From NCBI GenBank assembly GCA_040767085.1, contig JAXGPF010000004.1:224001-288000 (forward strand): a stretch of DNA of 64,000 nucleotides, read 5' to 3'. The notes under the pieces were generated by a model that saw only the letters and a list, made by a program, of their open reading frames with translations, was not told the DNA's origin and made no database searches. The stretch is from Kiritimatiellia bacterium. GTDB lineage: Bacteria; Verrucomicrobiota; Kiritimatiellia; JAAZAB01. Shown one piece after another: positions 49,211-57,737 of this stretch (positions are counted from its first letter, which is position 1; each line of letters opens with the position of its first letter). Made by a program: the position numbers and the translations under genes.

Positions 49211-49346
49211 TCAGAAGAAAATACGAAGGCTTTGAATAATATTAATGTCGTAACGCTATCGTATTAAATCTGTTACATAATTATTGACCTGTAAACATCC
49301 ACACAAAACCGGGAAGCGGCATTAAAAAAACTGCGGGAGATAACAG

Positions 49347-52300
49347 ATGTTGAAAATAGATGCAGGCATTATGATGCTGGCTGGCACGGTCATGTGCTTT
49401 GGCACAAATGGCCTGGCCGGAGCCGACGGCACCCCCCCGGCCTTGCCTGCGGTTGCAGTCTTGAAAATACAACCGGATGAACGGCCAGTGATTGACGGCC
49501 GGCTGGATGAGGATTTCTGGCAGGATTGCTCCACCGTGGAATTACAATTGGTGGTGCCGCCCGGGGGCGCGCCGGCGCAACGCACGGCGTCTAAAATCGC
49601 CACGGATGGCTCCTGGCTGTTTGTCGGGATTGCGGCCGCGGATAACACCTTGCTGGATGATGCCGCGGCGCAGACGCCGCTGCTGAATACCAGGCAGGAT
49701 TACGTTGAGTTCCACCTGGATCCGGGCACGGCCGGCAAAAGACATTTCCGGTTCGCCGTCAACCGGTTCGGCCATATGCTGGCCGACCTGAAAGGGATTG
49801 ACGCCAATCCCGGCCATGCCATGCATTGGCGCGCCGCCGGCGCGGCCGCCGCCGACGGCTGGAGCGTTGAAATGGCCTTGCCCCTGTTTTATTTCGCCGA
49901 GGTTGCCGGCGCCGGCCCGGGCTGGCGGGTCAATTTCTGCCGCCTGGATACCGCCCCGGCCGAAATCAGTTCCTGGGCGCCGGTGCTCAGAAAATTCGCC
50001 GAACCGGAACATTTTGGCCGGCTGGAGAACCTGCCGGCCGGTTTGCCCCCTGCCGGCCAATTGCCGCGACGCCCTTTTGCTCCGCGCCTGACGTACATCC
50101 TGGCCGGCCCCACCACGGATCAAACGGGCGAATACGTCAGCCTGGTGCGCATCGGGATGGTCAATGACTCCTCCAACGCCGGCGGCGCGGTCTCTTTGCA
50201 TCTGCGGGACGAATCGGTTCCCGGACAGCCCATGGCAATGGTCACCAATGTGGCGCTGAAACCCGGCGAACATCAGTGTGAGGCAACCATGGAATTGAAA
50301 CGCCCGCTGGAATTCATTCCCCGGCCTGAGGTGACCTTGAGTCTGCGGGATGAGATGGGAACCTGGGCGCAAACCATGGCGCATGGCCAGGGCGCCATTG
50401 TGGAAAAATATGCCGCATGGCTCGATCACTCCTATTACACGCTCGAAACACAGGCAGTGCTGTATGTGGAAACCGCCGGCGATCAACCGCCGCCGTCAAA
50501 CGCCAGTGTGCAGACCGTGCTGATAAATTCTGCCGGATCAAATCTTTGGGCCGGGCCGGCCCGGCCGGCCGCCCCCGGCGTCTGGCGCGCGGCTATTCCT
50601 TTGGCGGAATTGCCGCCGGCCAGGTACACGCTTGAGGTTCAAGTCAGAAATGCCTCCGCGGATGCCCGGCCGGAACGGAAGATTGCGGTATTGAACAAGC
50701 TGCCGCCGGCGCCGGCCGGACGGGAAGTTAAAATTGACCATTTCAACCGGTGTGTCCTGATCGGCGATCAGCCGTTTTTCCCGTTTGGTGTCTGCTGGAT
50801 GCCGGCGCATTCCGCCGACTTGGACCTGGCGCATTTGAAAGCGCTGGGCTTCAACACCGTCATCCGCTGGACCAGGTTTGACGGATCACCTGACGATAAC
50901 GGCGCTGTGGCGGCGCGGGTGGGACAAGATTCGCTGCTGGCGGCGGCGGAGAAACACGGAATCACGGTCGTAGAACAGCCGAAAAGCACGCGCCAGCGCG
51001 ATGCCGGCAACCAGCGTGTCTGGCGTTGGATTTACCCCCGGTTTGTCGAAAACTATCATGACTGGAAAGCCAACGACCTGCCCGCCGTGATGGCTGTCAT
51101 GCGCGCCCACCCGGCGGTGGCGGCTTACCTGGCGATTGACGAGCCATCGGACGTGATCGTGCAGCCGGGCAATGTGCCCCTGGCGCGCCTTCTCAACGAC
51201 ATGATGGCAAGCATCGTCCAATTGGACCCCTACAAGCCGGTATTTCTCAATTTCGGCGGAATGCTGCCCGATCGGATGGAGTGGCTGGACAATCAATCGT
51301 TTTTCGCCTCGTTTAATTACTGGCTGGTCCAGCCCGATGCCGCCGCGACCGCCGTCCGCCTCGCGGCGACGCTGCAACATAATTCCCGGTTGGCGGAAAA
51401 ATACCGCAAGCCGCTTTGGCTCATGCCGACGACGGAGCTTAACTGGAGCGCCCAGGCCGTCCCCATGTCCGCGGCGGAAAACCGGACGCAGCTTTACATC
51501 ATGCTGATTCACGGCGCCAAAGGCATAAATTATTTTTCCTGGCCCTGGCTCCATGCCGCCACGGATGCCAGCCTGGCGGAACTGGCCCGGGAGGTCCAGG
51601 TCCTGGCCCCGGCCCTGCTCCGGCGGCGGCCGGCCCAGCGCGTGACATACGCGACAGCGGAAGGCCGGGACAACGATGCCGGCGCACTGATGGCCGCCTT
51701 ACTCGTCGAGCCGGATGACACGCCCTTGCTGATGTTTCTGAATGCCGGCGCCGAGCCGGTCAGAATCAGATGTTCGTTGCCCTGGCTGGATGGCGAACAT
51801 CGCCTGGCGTCATGCTTCGATGCCTCGCACGCGGACTTCAAGGATGGATCCTTTCATGCAGAATTTGACCCCTTGGCCACCAGGATTTACCGGATCAGCG
51901 GAGCCAGCATCACCAATGCATGGCAAAGGCACGATATCCTGATCCGTGTTGAGCGGGAGATTGCCGAGGTTGACGCAACTGGCGGGAAGCCCGCAAACCT
52001 GATCCCTGACGCCTTGTTTAATGACGCCTCCGCCTGGCTGATCCGCGAGCGCGACGCCGGCAAGGTTGATTTTGCCGCCCAGCCGGGGAATGAACCGGGG
52101 CGCATGCTGATTTTGGATGGCGCGGCGGGCGGCGGTATTTACGCGCGCTCTCCACGCTTCCGGTTGCGCCCATATCACCGGTATCGCCTATCCGCCACTG
52201 TGCGTTACGAAAAGGCGGGCGGCGCGCGGGCGGCGGGCATGTCGTTGCGGGCGGCGGATGCCGGGGACGCGGCCGGAGAATTACCCGCGCTGCAATGCGG

Positions 52301-52985
52301 CAATCCGGCGCAGCCGGAATGGCAGGCAGTGGAGCGCGTTCTGCAAGCGCACGCCGATCATCCGGCATCCGTCAGGCTGGTCATTTATTGGAACGCGCCA
52401 GCCGGCGGACGCCTCTGCCTCAAAGATATCTCCCTGCTGGACCTGGGGCCGGCGACCAATACGGCCAGTTCGAAAAACCGCGTGCCCAATCCCAGTTTCG
52501 AAGATGCGCGCCTGCCCGGCTGGCCGGATTACTGGCAGCCGCGCGGCTTTGACCGGGCGATTCTGACCGAACACCGGCTGGGCATGCCGGGCGCTCCCTG
52601 GCAATCAGACGATGACCATCCGTTCCACGGCCGGGTGTCATTGCGGATGGCGCCGGCAGCGGGCGCGACGGCTTCCACCCCTTTCCAGCGCGCCGGATTC
52701 GGCATACCGGCGGAAGAAAGCCGGCCCTTCGAATTTACCGCCTGGCTGCGCGCGGAAAACGAGCATACCCCCGTACGGATTGTTTTGCGGGGGCTTGGCA
52801 GCAAAACTTTTGAGGTCGGCCCCGCGTGGACCCGTGTGGCAATGTCCGGCGTTAAGACCAATCCGCTCTCCGCCGCCTACCGCGATTTTACCGCCATCAC
52901 CATCAGTGCTCCGGGAACCGTCTGGGTGGATGCCGTCTGCCTCGCGGAATGCGACCCGGCGGCGCCGGCTGTGAAAAAAGATTAA
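49347..52985 (+). CDS. Secreted CBM9-like + unclassified GH-like TIM barrel + CBM4/9-like protein
   Basis: PVIDGRLDEDFW...WSVEMALP; PFFPFG...YLAIDEP...DPYKP...HGAKGINYF; NRVPNPSFE. Confidence 0.7.
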   Translation: MLKIDAGIMMLAGTVMCFGTNGLAGADGTPPALPAVAVLKIQPDERPVIDGRLDEDFWQDCSTVELQLVVPPGGAPAQRTASKIATDGSWLFVGIAAADNTLLDDAAAQTPLLNTRQDYVEFHLDPGTAGKRHFRFAVNRFGHMLADLKGIDANPGHAMHWRAAGAAAADGWSVEMALPLFYFAEVAGAGPGWRVNFCRLDTAPAEISSWAPVLRKFAEPEHFGRLENLPAGLPPAGQLPRRPFAPRLTYILAGPTTDQTGEYVSLVRIGMVNDSSNAGGAVSLHLRDESVPGQPMAMVTNVALKPGEHQCEATMELKRPLEFIPRPEVTLSLRDEMGTWAQTMAHGQGAIVEKYAAWLDHSYYTLETQAVLYVETAGDQPPPSNASVQTVLINSAGSNLWAGPARPAAPGVWRAAIPLAELPPARYTLEVQVRNASADARPERKIAVLNKLPPAPAGREVKIDHFNRCVLIGDQPFFPFGVCWMPAHSADLDLAHLKALGFNTVIRWTRFDGSPDDNGAVAARVGQDSLLAAAEKHGITVVEQPKSTRQRDAGNQRVWRWIYPRFVENYHDWKANDLPAVMAVMRAHPAVAAYLAIDEPSDVIVQPGNVPLARLLNDMMASIVQLDPYKPVFLNFGGMLPDRMEWLDNQSFFASFNYWLVQPDAAATAVRLAATLQHNSRLAEKYRKPLWLMPTTELNWSAQAVPMSAAENRTQLYIMLIHGAKGINYFSWPWLHAATDASLAELAREVQVLAPALLRRRPAQRVTYATAEGRDNDAGALMAALLVEPDDTPLLMFLNAGAEPVRIRCSLPWLDGEHRLASCFDASHADFKDGSFHAEFDPLATRIYRISGASITNAWQRHDILIRVEREIAEVDATGGKPANLIPDALFNDASAWLIRERDAGKVDFAAQPGNEPGRMLILDGAAGGGIYARSPRFRLRPYHRYRLSATVRYEKAGGARAAGMSLRAADAGDAAGELPALQCGNPAQPEWQAVERVLQAHADHPASVRLVIYWNAPAGGRLCLKDISLLDLGPATNTASSKNRVPNPSFEDARLPGWPDYWQPRGFDRAILTEHRLGMPGAPWQSDDDHPFHGRVSLRMAPAAGATASTPFQRAGFGIPAEESRPFEFTAWLRAENEHTPVRIVLRGLGSKTFEVGPAWTRVAMSGVKTNPLSAAYRDFTAITISAPGTVWVDAVCLAECDPAAPAVKKD

Positions 52986-53051
52986 CTTTACCGTTTGCAA
53001 ACATTACAATGGCCGCGGCCAACCTGACCTGAATTATTGAAAGGAGCCGTT

Positions 53052-54773
53052 ATGAAAAAAGCAGTCGCAATTGCCTGGTTATCGCCCATCCTGCTGGCGG
53101 CGGATACACATTACGTCCGCCCGCCGGAGACCTGCACCAATACCTACGCGCAATATCCGTTCACCTCCTGGGAGACCGCCTCCACCAATCTCCAGTGGGC
53201 CGTCAATGCTGCCGGCACGGCGGGAACGGTGCTGGTATCCAACGGCGTTTATCGTCTGACCAACAATGTGGTAATAACGGACGCCATCTATGTGCGCAGT
53301 TGGGTTGACGGCGCTTTTGACCCGACCAACACGGTGCTGGATGGACAAGGCAGCGTGGCCTGCCTTTATTTGAACCATACCGGTGCGGTCGTGGCCGGAT
53401 TCGCCTTTACCAACGGCAACGGGGTTGGCGGCAACAACAGTAATTATGGCGGCGCGGTATATATCGGGAGCGGCGTGTCATCCGGGGGCACGCTATCCAA
53501 TTGCATCGTCGCAGGGAACACCGCCCCTCAGCAAGGCGGCGGGATTTATGCCCGCGGCAACTATTGCTTGATTGTCGATTGCCGGGTCGAAAGCAATACC
53601 GTGATCAATGCCGGCGACCGCGGCGGCGGCGGGATCAGCATGTATGGCGGCACGGTTCGCGGCTGCCTGGTGCGGACGAACGTGATTCTGGAGTCGTCTT
53701 CGATATACACCGGCGGCGGCGGAATCGCCAGCCGCGACAGCGTGCTGATTGACGATTGCGTCATTGAAAACAATTTCACCGTCAACATGGGCGGTGGAGT
53801 TTTTGCCACCGAGCAGTCCGTTATCAGCAATACCGTCATCCGGAATAACCATTCCACCGGACAGACGGATTCGCAAGGCGGCGGGGGGCTGGCCCTGCGC
53901 AATTGCTATTCCTGGGTTGCAGACTGCATGATCGTGGACAACCACTGCGCCAGTAACGGCGGCGGCGTGCTGATCTACCAGGGCGCCAGCGGCTACTTCT
54001 CCACCATCTCCAATTCCACAATCCGCGGCAATATCGCGGGCCGCCGCGGCGGCGGAGTCAATCTGTCGCCCGGTTCGCCCAGCTATGCGGTCACCAACAA
54101 AATTATTGCCTGCATGATCGAAACCAACCAGTCGGGGGATTCAGGCGGCGGCGTGTTTATCGGCACCGGCGGCATTTTGATGGATCGGTGCATTCTCCGC
54201 GGGAACCAGGCCAGCAGCGAAGGCGGGTTCCGCAACATGAATGCCAGTGCGAATTTCCCGACGATTATCCGCAACACCCTGATTACCGGCAATTCCGCCG
54301 CGGGCAATTGCGGCGGCGCCCGCCTGCGCTACGGCGGCATCATGCAGAATTGCACCGTTTCCAGCAATTACGCCGGCGGCTCGGTCGGCGGACTATGGCT
54401 GGACGGAACCAACCTGACCGAAGGGCCGGTGACCCTCACCAATGTCATTTGCCGCTATAATTTCGCCGGCGAAACCGAAGTTAATTACACCTTGTCGGAC
54501 GGCGCGGTCGTCGCCTACAGTTGCACCTGGCCGACCAATGGCCTGGCCGGCCCGGGCAATATCGAGGCTGACCCGCTGTTCGTTGACACCAACGCCGGCA
54601 ATTACCGCCTGCAGGCCGGGTCGCCCTGCATCAATGCCGGGGCCCTGCAGCCGGCCTGGATGCCGGATGGCCTGGACCTGGATGGGCGGCCGCGCCTGGA
54701 CCGGTTTTCCCGGGCGGTTGATATGGGCTGCCATGAACACATCTTGTCCGGCATGTTATTGCAAATCCGCTAA
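53052..54773 (+). CDS. Secreted parallel beta-helix protein with choice-of-anchor-Q-like C-terminus (paralog of 12181-13752)
   Basis: AAGGAG SD, signal peptide, SWETASTN, GGG coils, DPLFVD...YRL...SPCINAG...DMGCHEH; ends GMLLQIR. Confidence 0.8.
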   Translation: MKKAVAIAWLSPILLAADTHYVRPPETCTNTYAQYPFTSWETASTNLQWAVNAAGTAGTVLVSNGVYRLTNNVVITDAIYVRSWVDGAFDPTNTVLDGQGSVACLYLNHTGAVVAGFAFTNGNGVGGNNSNYGGAVYIGSGVSSGGTLSNCIVAGNTAPQQGGGIYARGNYCLIVDCRVESNTVINAGDRGGGGISMYGGTVRGCLVRTNVILESSSIYTGGGGIASRDSVLIDDCVIENNFTVNMGGGVFATEQSVISNTVIRNNHSTGQTDSQGGGGLALRNCYSWVADCMIVDNHCASNGGGVLIYQGASGYFSTISNSTIRGNIAGRRGGGVNLSPGSPSYAVTNKIIACMIETNQSGDSGGGVFIGTGGILMDRCILRGNQASSEGGFRNMNASANFPTIIRNTLITGNSAAGNCGGARLRYGGIMQNCTVSSNYAGGSVGGLWLDGTNLTEGPVTLTNVICRYNFAGETEVNYTLSDGAVVAYSCTWPTNGLAGPGNIEADPLFVDTNAGNYRLQAGSPCINAGALQPAWMPDGLDLDGRPRLDRFSRAVDMGCHEHILSGMLLQIR

Positions 54774-54789
54774 ACACAAGGGAGATGGA

Positions 54790-56100
54790 ATGAAAGCAAA
54801 ACTGGCGATTAACGGCGGCGACCCGGCCATTAACCGAACCTGGCCCAGGGAACAGTGGCCGGTGATCAATCCGGAAGACGAGGCGGCCGTCTTGGATGTT
54901 TTACGCGGGCGGAAAATGTCCGGCACCGACATCACCGCGCAATTCGAGGAGGAATACGCCCGGTGGCAGGGCGCCCGGTTCGCCCTGGCCTGCAACAACG
55001 GCACGGCGGCTTTGCATTGCGCCATGTTCGGCGCCGGATTGCGCCGGGGCGACGAGGTCATTTCCACCACCTGGACTTACTGGGCCAGCCATGTGGCCCT
55101 GACCAATCTGGGCGCCACTGTCATCTTCGGCGACATTGACCCGCATACCCTGTGCCTGAATCCGCGCGATGCCGAACGCCGGATCACGCCGCGCACCCGC
55201 GCCATCATCGTGCCCCATATTTACGGCTACCCGGCCGCAATGGACGCCTTCCTGCAGCTGGCCGAACGCCACCACCTGAAAATCATCGAAGATTACTCGC
55301 ATGCGCATGGCGCCACCTGGCGCGGCCGCAAGGTCGGCTCCATCGGCCATGTCGGCGCGGCTTCGCTCATGACCGGCAAGCCCCTGGCGGCGGGCGAAGG
55401 CGGGGTGCTGAACACCGACGACCGCGCGATTTACGAACGGGCGGTCATGTTCGGACATTACGAACGCATCAAAACCTGCGTGCAGGATCCGGCCTGGCTG
55501 CGGTTTGCCGGGCTGCCGGTCGGCGGTTTCAAGTACCGCATGCACCAGATGACGAGCGCCATGGCGCGGATCAGGCTGAAACATTACGACCAGGACCGCG
55601 CGCCGGGCGCGCAGGCCCTGGAGCGGCTCTTCCGGCAATGCGCGGACATCCCCGGCGTGGACTGCAATTTTCCGCTGCACGACCCGGATGTCACAATCAG
55701 TTCTTCGTACTGCCAGCGGTTCATCCTGGGCGACGAAATCATCAGCCGCGTCCCGAACACCGTGATCGCCGAGGCCATGCGCGCCGAGGGGGTGTCGTGC
55801 TCCGCGGGCGGCTACGCCTGCCATCACCTGCACCCATTCTGGAACGAATGCGATGTGTATGGTGACGGCAAACCGACCCGGCTGGCGTTCGCCGACCGCG
55901 ATGTCCGGCAGGGACCGGGCGATTGCCCGGTAGCCGAGCGGATCAACCACCGCCTGATCAGCGTGCCGCGCTTTGTAAGGTTCGACCCGGCCATGGTGGA
56001 CCAGATAGCCGCGGCTTACCGCAAGGTCCTGACCAACCTCGATCAACTGGCCGGCCGCGCGGCCGTCGGCGGCGTTGACCGGTTCACCTCGCTGGGCTGA
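54790..56100 (+). CDS. DegT/DnrJ/EryC1/StrS aminotransferase
   Basis: NNGTAALH, IEDYSHAHGA, SLMTGKPLAAGEGG (PLP lysine). Start moved to ATG 54790. Confidence 0.9.
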   Translation: MKAKLAINGGDPAINRTWPREQWPVINPEDEAAVLDVLRGRKMSGTDITAQFEEEYARWQGARFALACNNGTAALHCAMFGAGLRRGDEVISTTWTYWASHVALTNLGATVIFGDIDPHTLCLNPRDAERRITPRTRAIIVPHIYGYPAAMDAFLQLAERHHLKIIEDYSHAHGATWRGRKVGSIGHVGAASLMTGKPLAAGEGGVLNTDDRAIYERAVMFGHYERIKTCVQDPAWLRFAGLPVGGFKYRMHQMTSAMARIRLKHYDQDRAPGAQALERLFRQCADIPGVDCNFPLHDPDVTISSSYCQRFILGDEIISRVPNTVIAEAMRAEGVSCSAGGYACHHLHPFWNECDVYGDGKPTRLAFADRDVRQGPGDCPVAERINHRLISVPRFVRFDPAMVDQIAAAYRKVLTNLDQLAGRAAVGGVDRFTSLG

Positions 56101-56125
56101 ACCATGGCGCGCCGAGCGGCGACGC

Positions 56126-56536
56126 TTATGATCTTGGCTGGGCCGGGAGGGACGCTGGATGCTCCGGCACGGCGCGGGACGACATGATTTCTCCCAGCAC
56201 GCGCGCGCCGCGCACGGGGCGCACATCCGCCTGCCCCATGGTGTAAGTCAAGGCCGGGGTGACCCATGGCTCACGGGGACGCAGCAGGCGGTCGCGCAAA
56301 TTCAGCCGGTCGTATCCGGCCTGCCATGGTCCGCGGCGTTTCACGCCCAGGCATGCAGCCAGCGCGAAATCCGGCCGCGCGCCGGTTTCATCGCACAACG
56401 AAGTTACGCCAGTGGCAATCAGCCGGGCGTATTCCGGCGCCTGGTCATAATCCGGCGCATGCAAGCCCACCATCAGCCGGCGCGGGCATTCGCGCACCCA
56501 ATTGTATACCGGCGCCATATTTTCGTTTATTTTCAT
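56126..56536 (-). pseudogene. Internally deleted glycoside-hydrolase remnant (GHL6/GH42-like)
   Basis: N-terminal PRRLMVGLHAPD fused directly to LIATGVTSLCDETG..PDFAL..CLGV (GATase-like accessory segment); only 136 aa. Confidence 0.55.
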
Positions 56537-56725
56537 AATTCACATTAAACATGATGACAAATATTTCTGACAATAATCGCAAATTGCTGGCGAAATGAAA
56601 ACAGCAAATTGTCCTGTAGTTTTGACTGAACGTCCGGGACAAAAAATGCCGCCAACCAGCCTGGTTGCCACCTGTCGTATTTCCGGCTTGCGTGTTCAAT
56701 TCGCTTGGAATATCTTTGCGCGAGT

Positions 56726-57622
56726 ATGTCATCAAGCATAAAAATCCATATCGCCAAGATAATCGGGCGCATGCCCGATCCGGTCAACTACCACGGTGGC
56801 GTGGCCTTGCCGGAGCTGAGCCTGCCTGTCGGCATCAACATGTTCCCGCGCCCGCGGGGCGCGGCGCCATTTTACCATGAGCCGAAAAGGCATCTCTCCC
56901 GCCATGCGCTGATCTTGGCGATGGCAGTCAGAGGCTGGGTGTCTGTGAACCAGAATTTACTCCCGCTGTGCGGTAATAACGCGTTGCTCATTTTCCCCGG
57001 CCAGATGCATTATTACGTCCAACTGATGGTGCCGCCGCGCCGCTGGCTATTTGTGACTTTTCACCTGGACCAGGATTTGGCGCTGGCCGGCTTGCGCGAT
57101 GCGCCGGCTATGATTGACGCCGGCGCCTGGCGGCTGGTGGACGTGCTGGCGGCGGATTACCTGGACGCGCTCCGCCAGCGGCCGGAAGCCGCGACCCGGC
57201 TGGCCTTCACCCTGTGGCGCCTGCTGTGGCGGCTGGCGTCCCTGCGCGCGCACCACCCGATGAAACAGACAGGCGATTTCAACATCAACCGGCAGGATCA
57301 CAACCTGGTTGCCAAAATCCATCAACACCTTGAATCCAATTTTTCCCATGACCTTAATGTTGAGTCCATTGCCGCCGCCGTGGGGGTTTCCCGGAGCCGG
57401 TTGCAGGCGCGTTTCCACGCCATAATGGGCATGGGCATCGCCAATTTTATCCGCCGCCACCGGCTGAAACATGCTTGCCTGATGCTCTCCCGGACCGATG
57501 ACAGCATGGCGGCAATCGGCGAACAATGCGGATTCAGCTCGATTTATGTCTTCAGCCGGACGTTCAAGCGCGTGCTGGGGATCACCCCCAAGGCCTACCG
57601 CCAACGCGTCCGGCGGCGGTGA
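56726..57622 (+). CDS. AraC-family regulator (paralog of 45509-46408)
   Basis: FPGQMH; RFHAIMGMG shared with the paralog's RFQAIMGMG; CGFSSIYVFSRTFKR. Confidence 0.9.
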   Translation: MSSSIKIHIAKIIGRMPDPVNYHGGVALPELSLPVGINMFPRPRGAAPFYHEPKRHLSRHALILAMAVRGWVSVNQNLLPLCGNNALLIFPGQMHYYVQLMVPPRRWLFVTFHLDQDLALAGLRDAPAMIDAGAWRLVDVLAADYLDALRQRPEAATRLAFTLWRLLWRLASLRAHHPMKQTGDFNINRQDHNLVAKIHQHLESNFSHDLNVESIAAAVGVSRSRLQARFHAIMGMGIANFIRRHRLKHACLMLSRTDDSMAAIGEQCGFSSIYVFSRTFKRVLGITPKAYRQRVRRR

Positions 57623-57662
57623 GTTTAGTATGCGGGGGCGGTGTCAGGGGGATTTGTTCTTG

Positions 57663-57717
57663 CGTAACACCTTAAAACCGTAAACCGTAAAACTTCCAAA
57701 ACGTGAGTTTTGGAATT
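57663..57717 (+). repeat. Dispersed ~55-bp intergenic element, copy 3
   Basis: Ends in a 9-bp stem TTCCAAAAC-GTGA-GTTTTGGAA ~20 nt before ATG 57738. Confidence 0.75.
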
Positions 57718-57737
57718 TGTTAAAGGAAGTATGATTC

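Noticed and set aside
54442-54789. N-terminal extension of the DegT ORF (likewise 42949-43251 for M20 and 46409-46705 for AraC)
   Set aside because: The extensions overlap neighbouring genes or promoters; homology and SD sites start at the internal ATGs.
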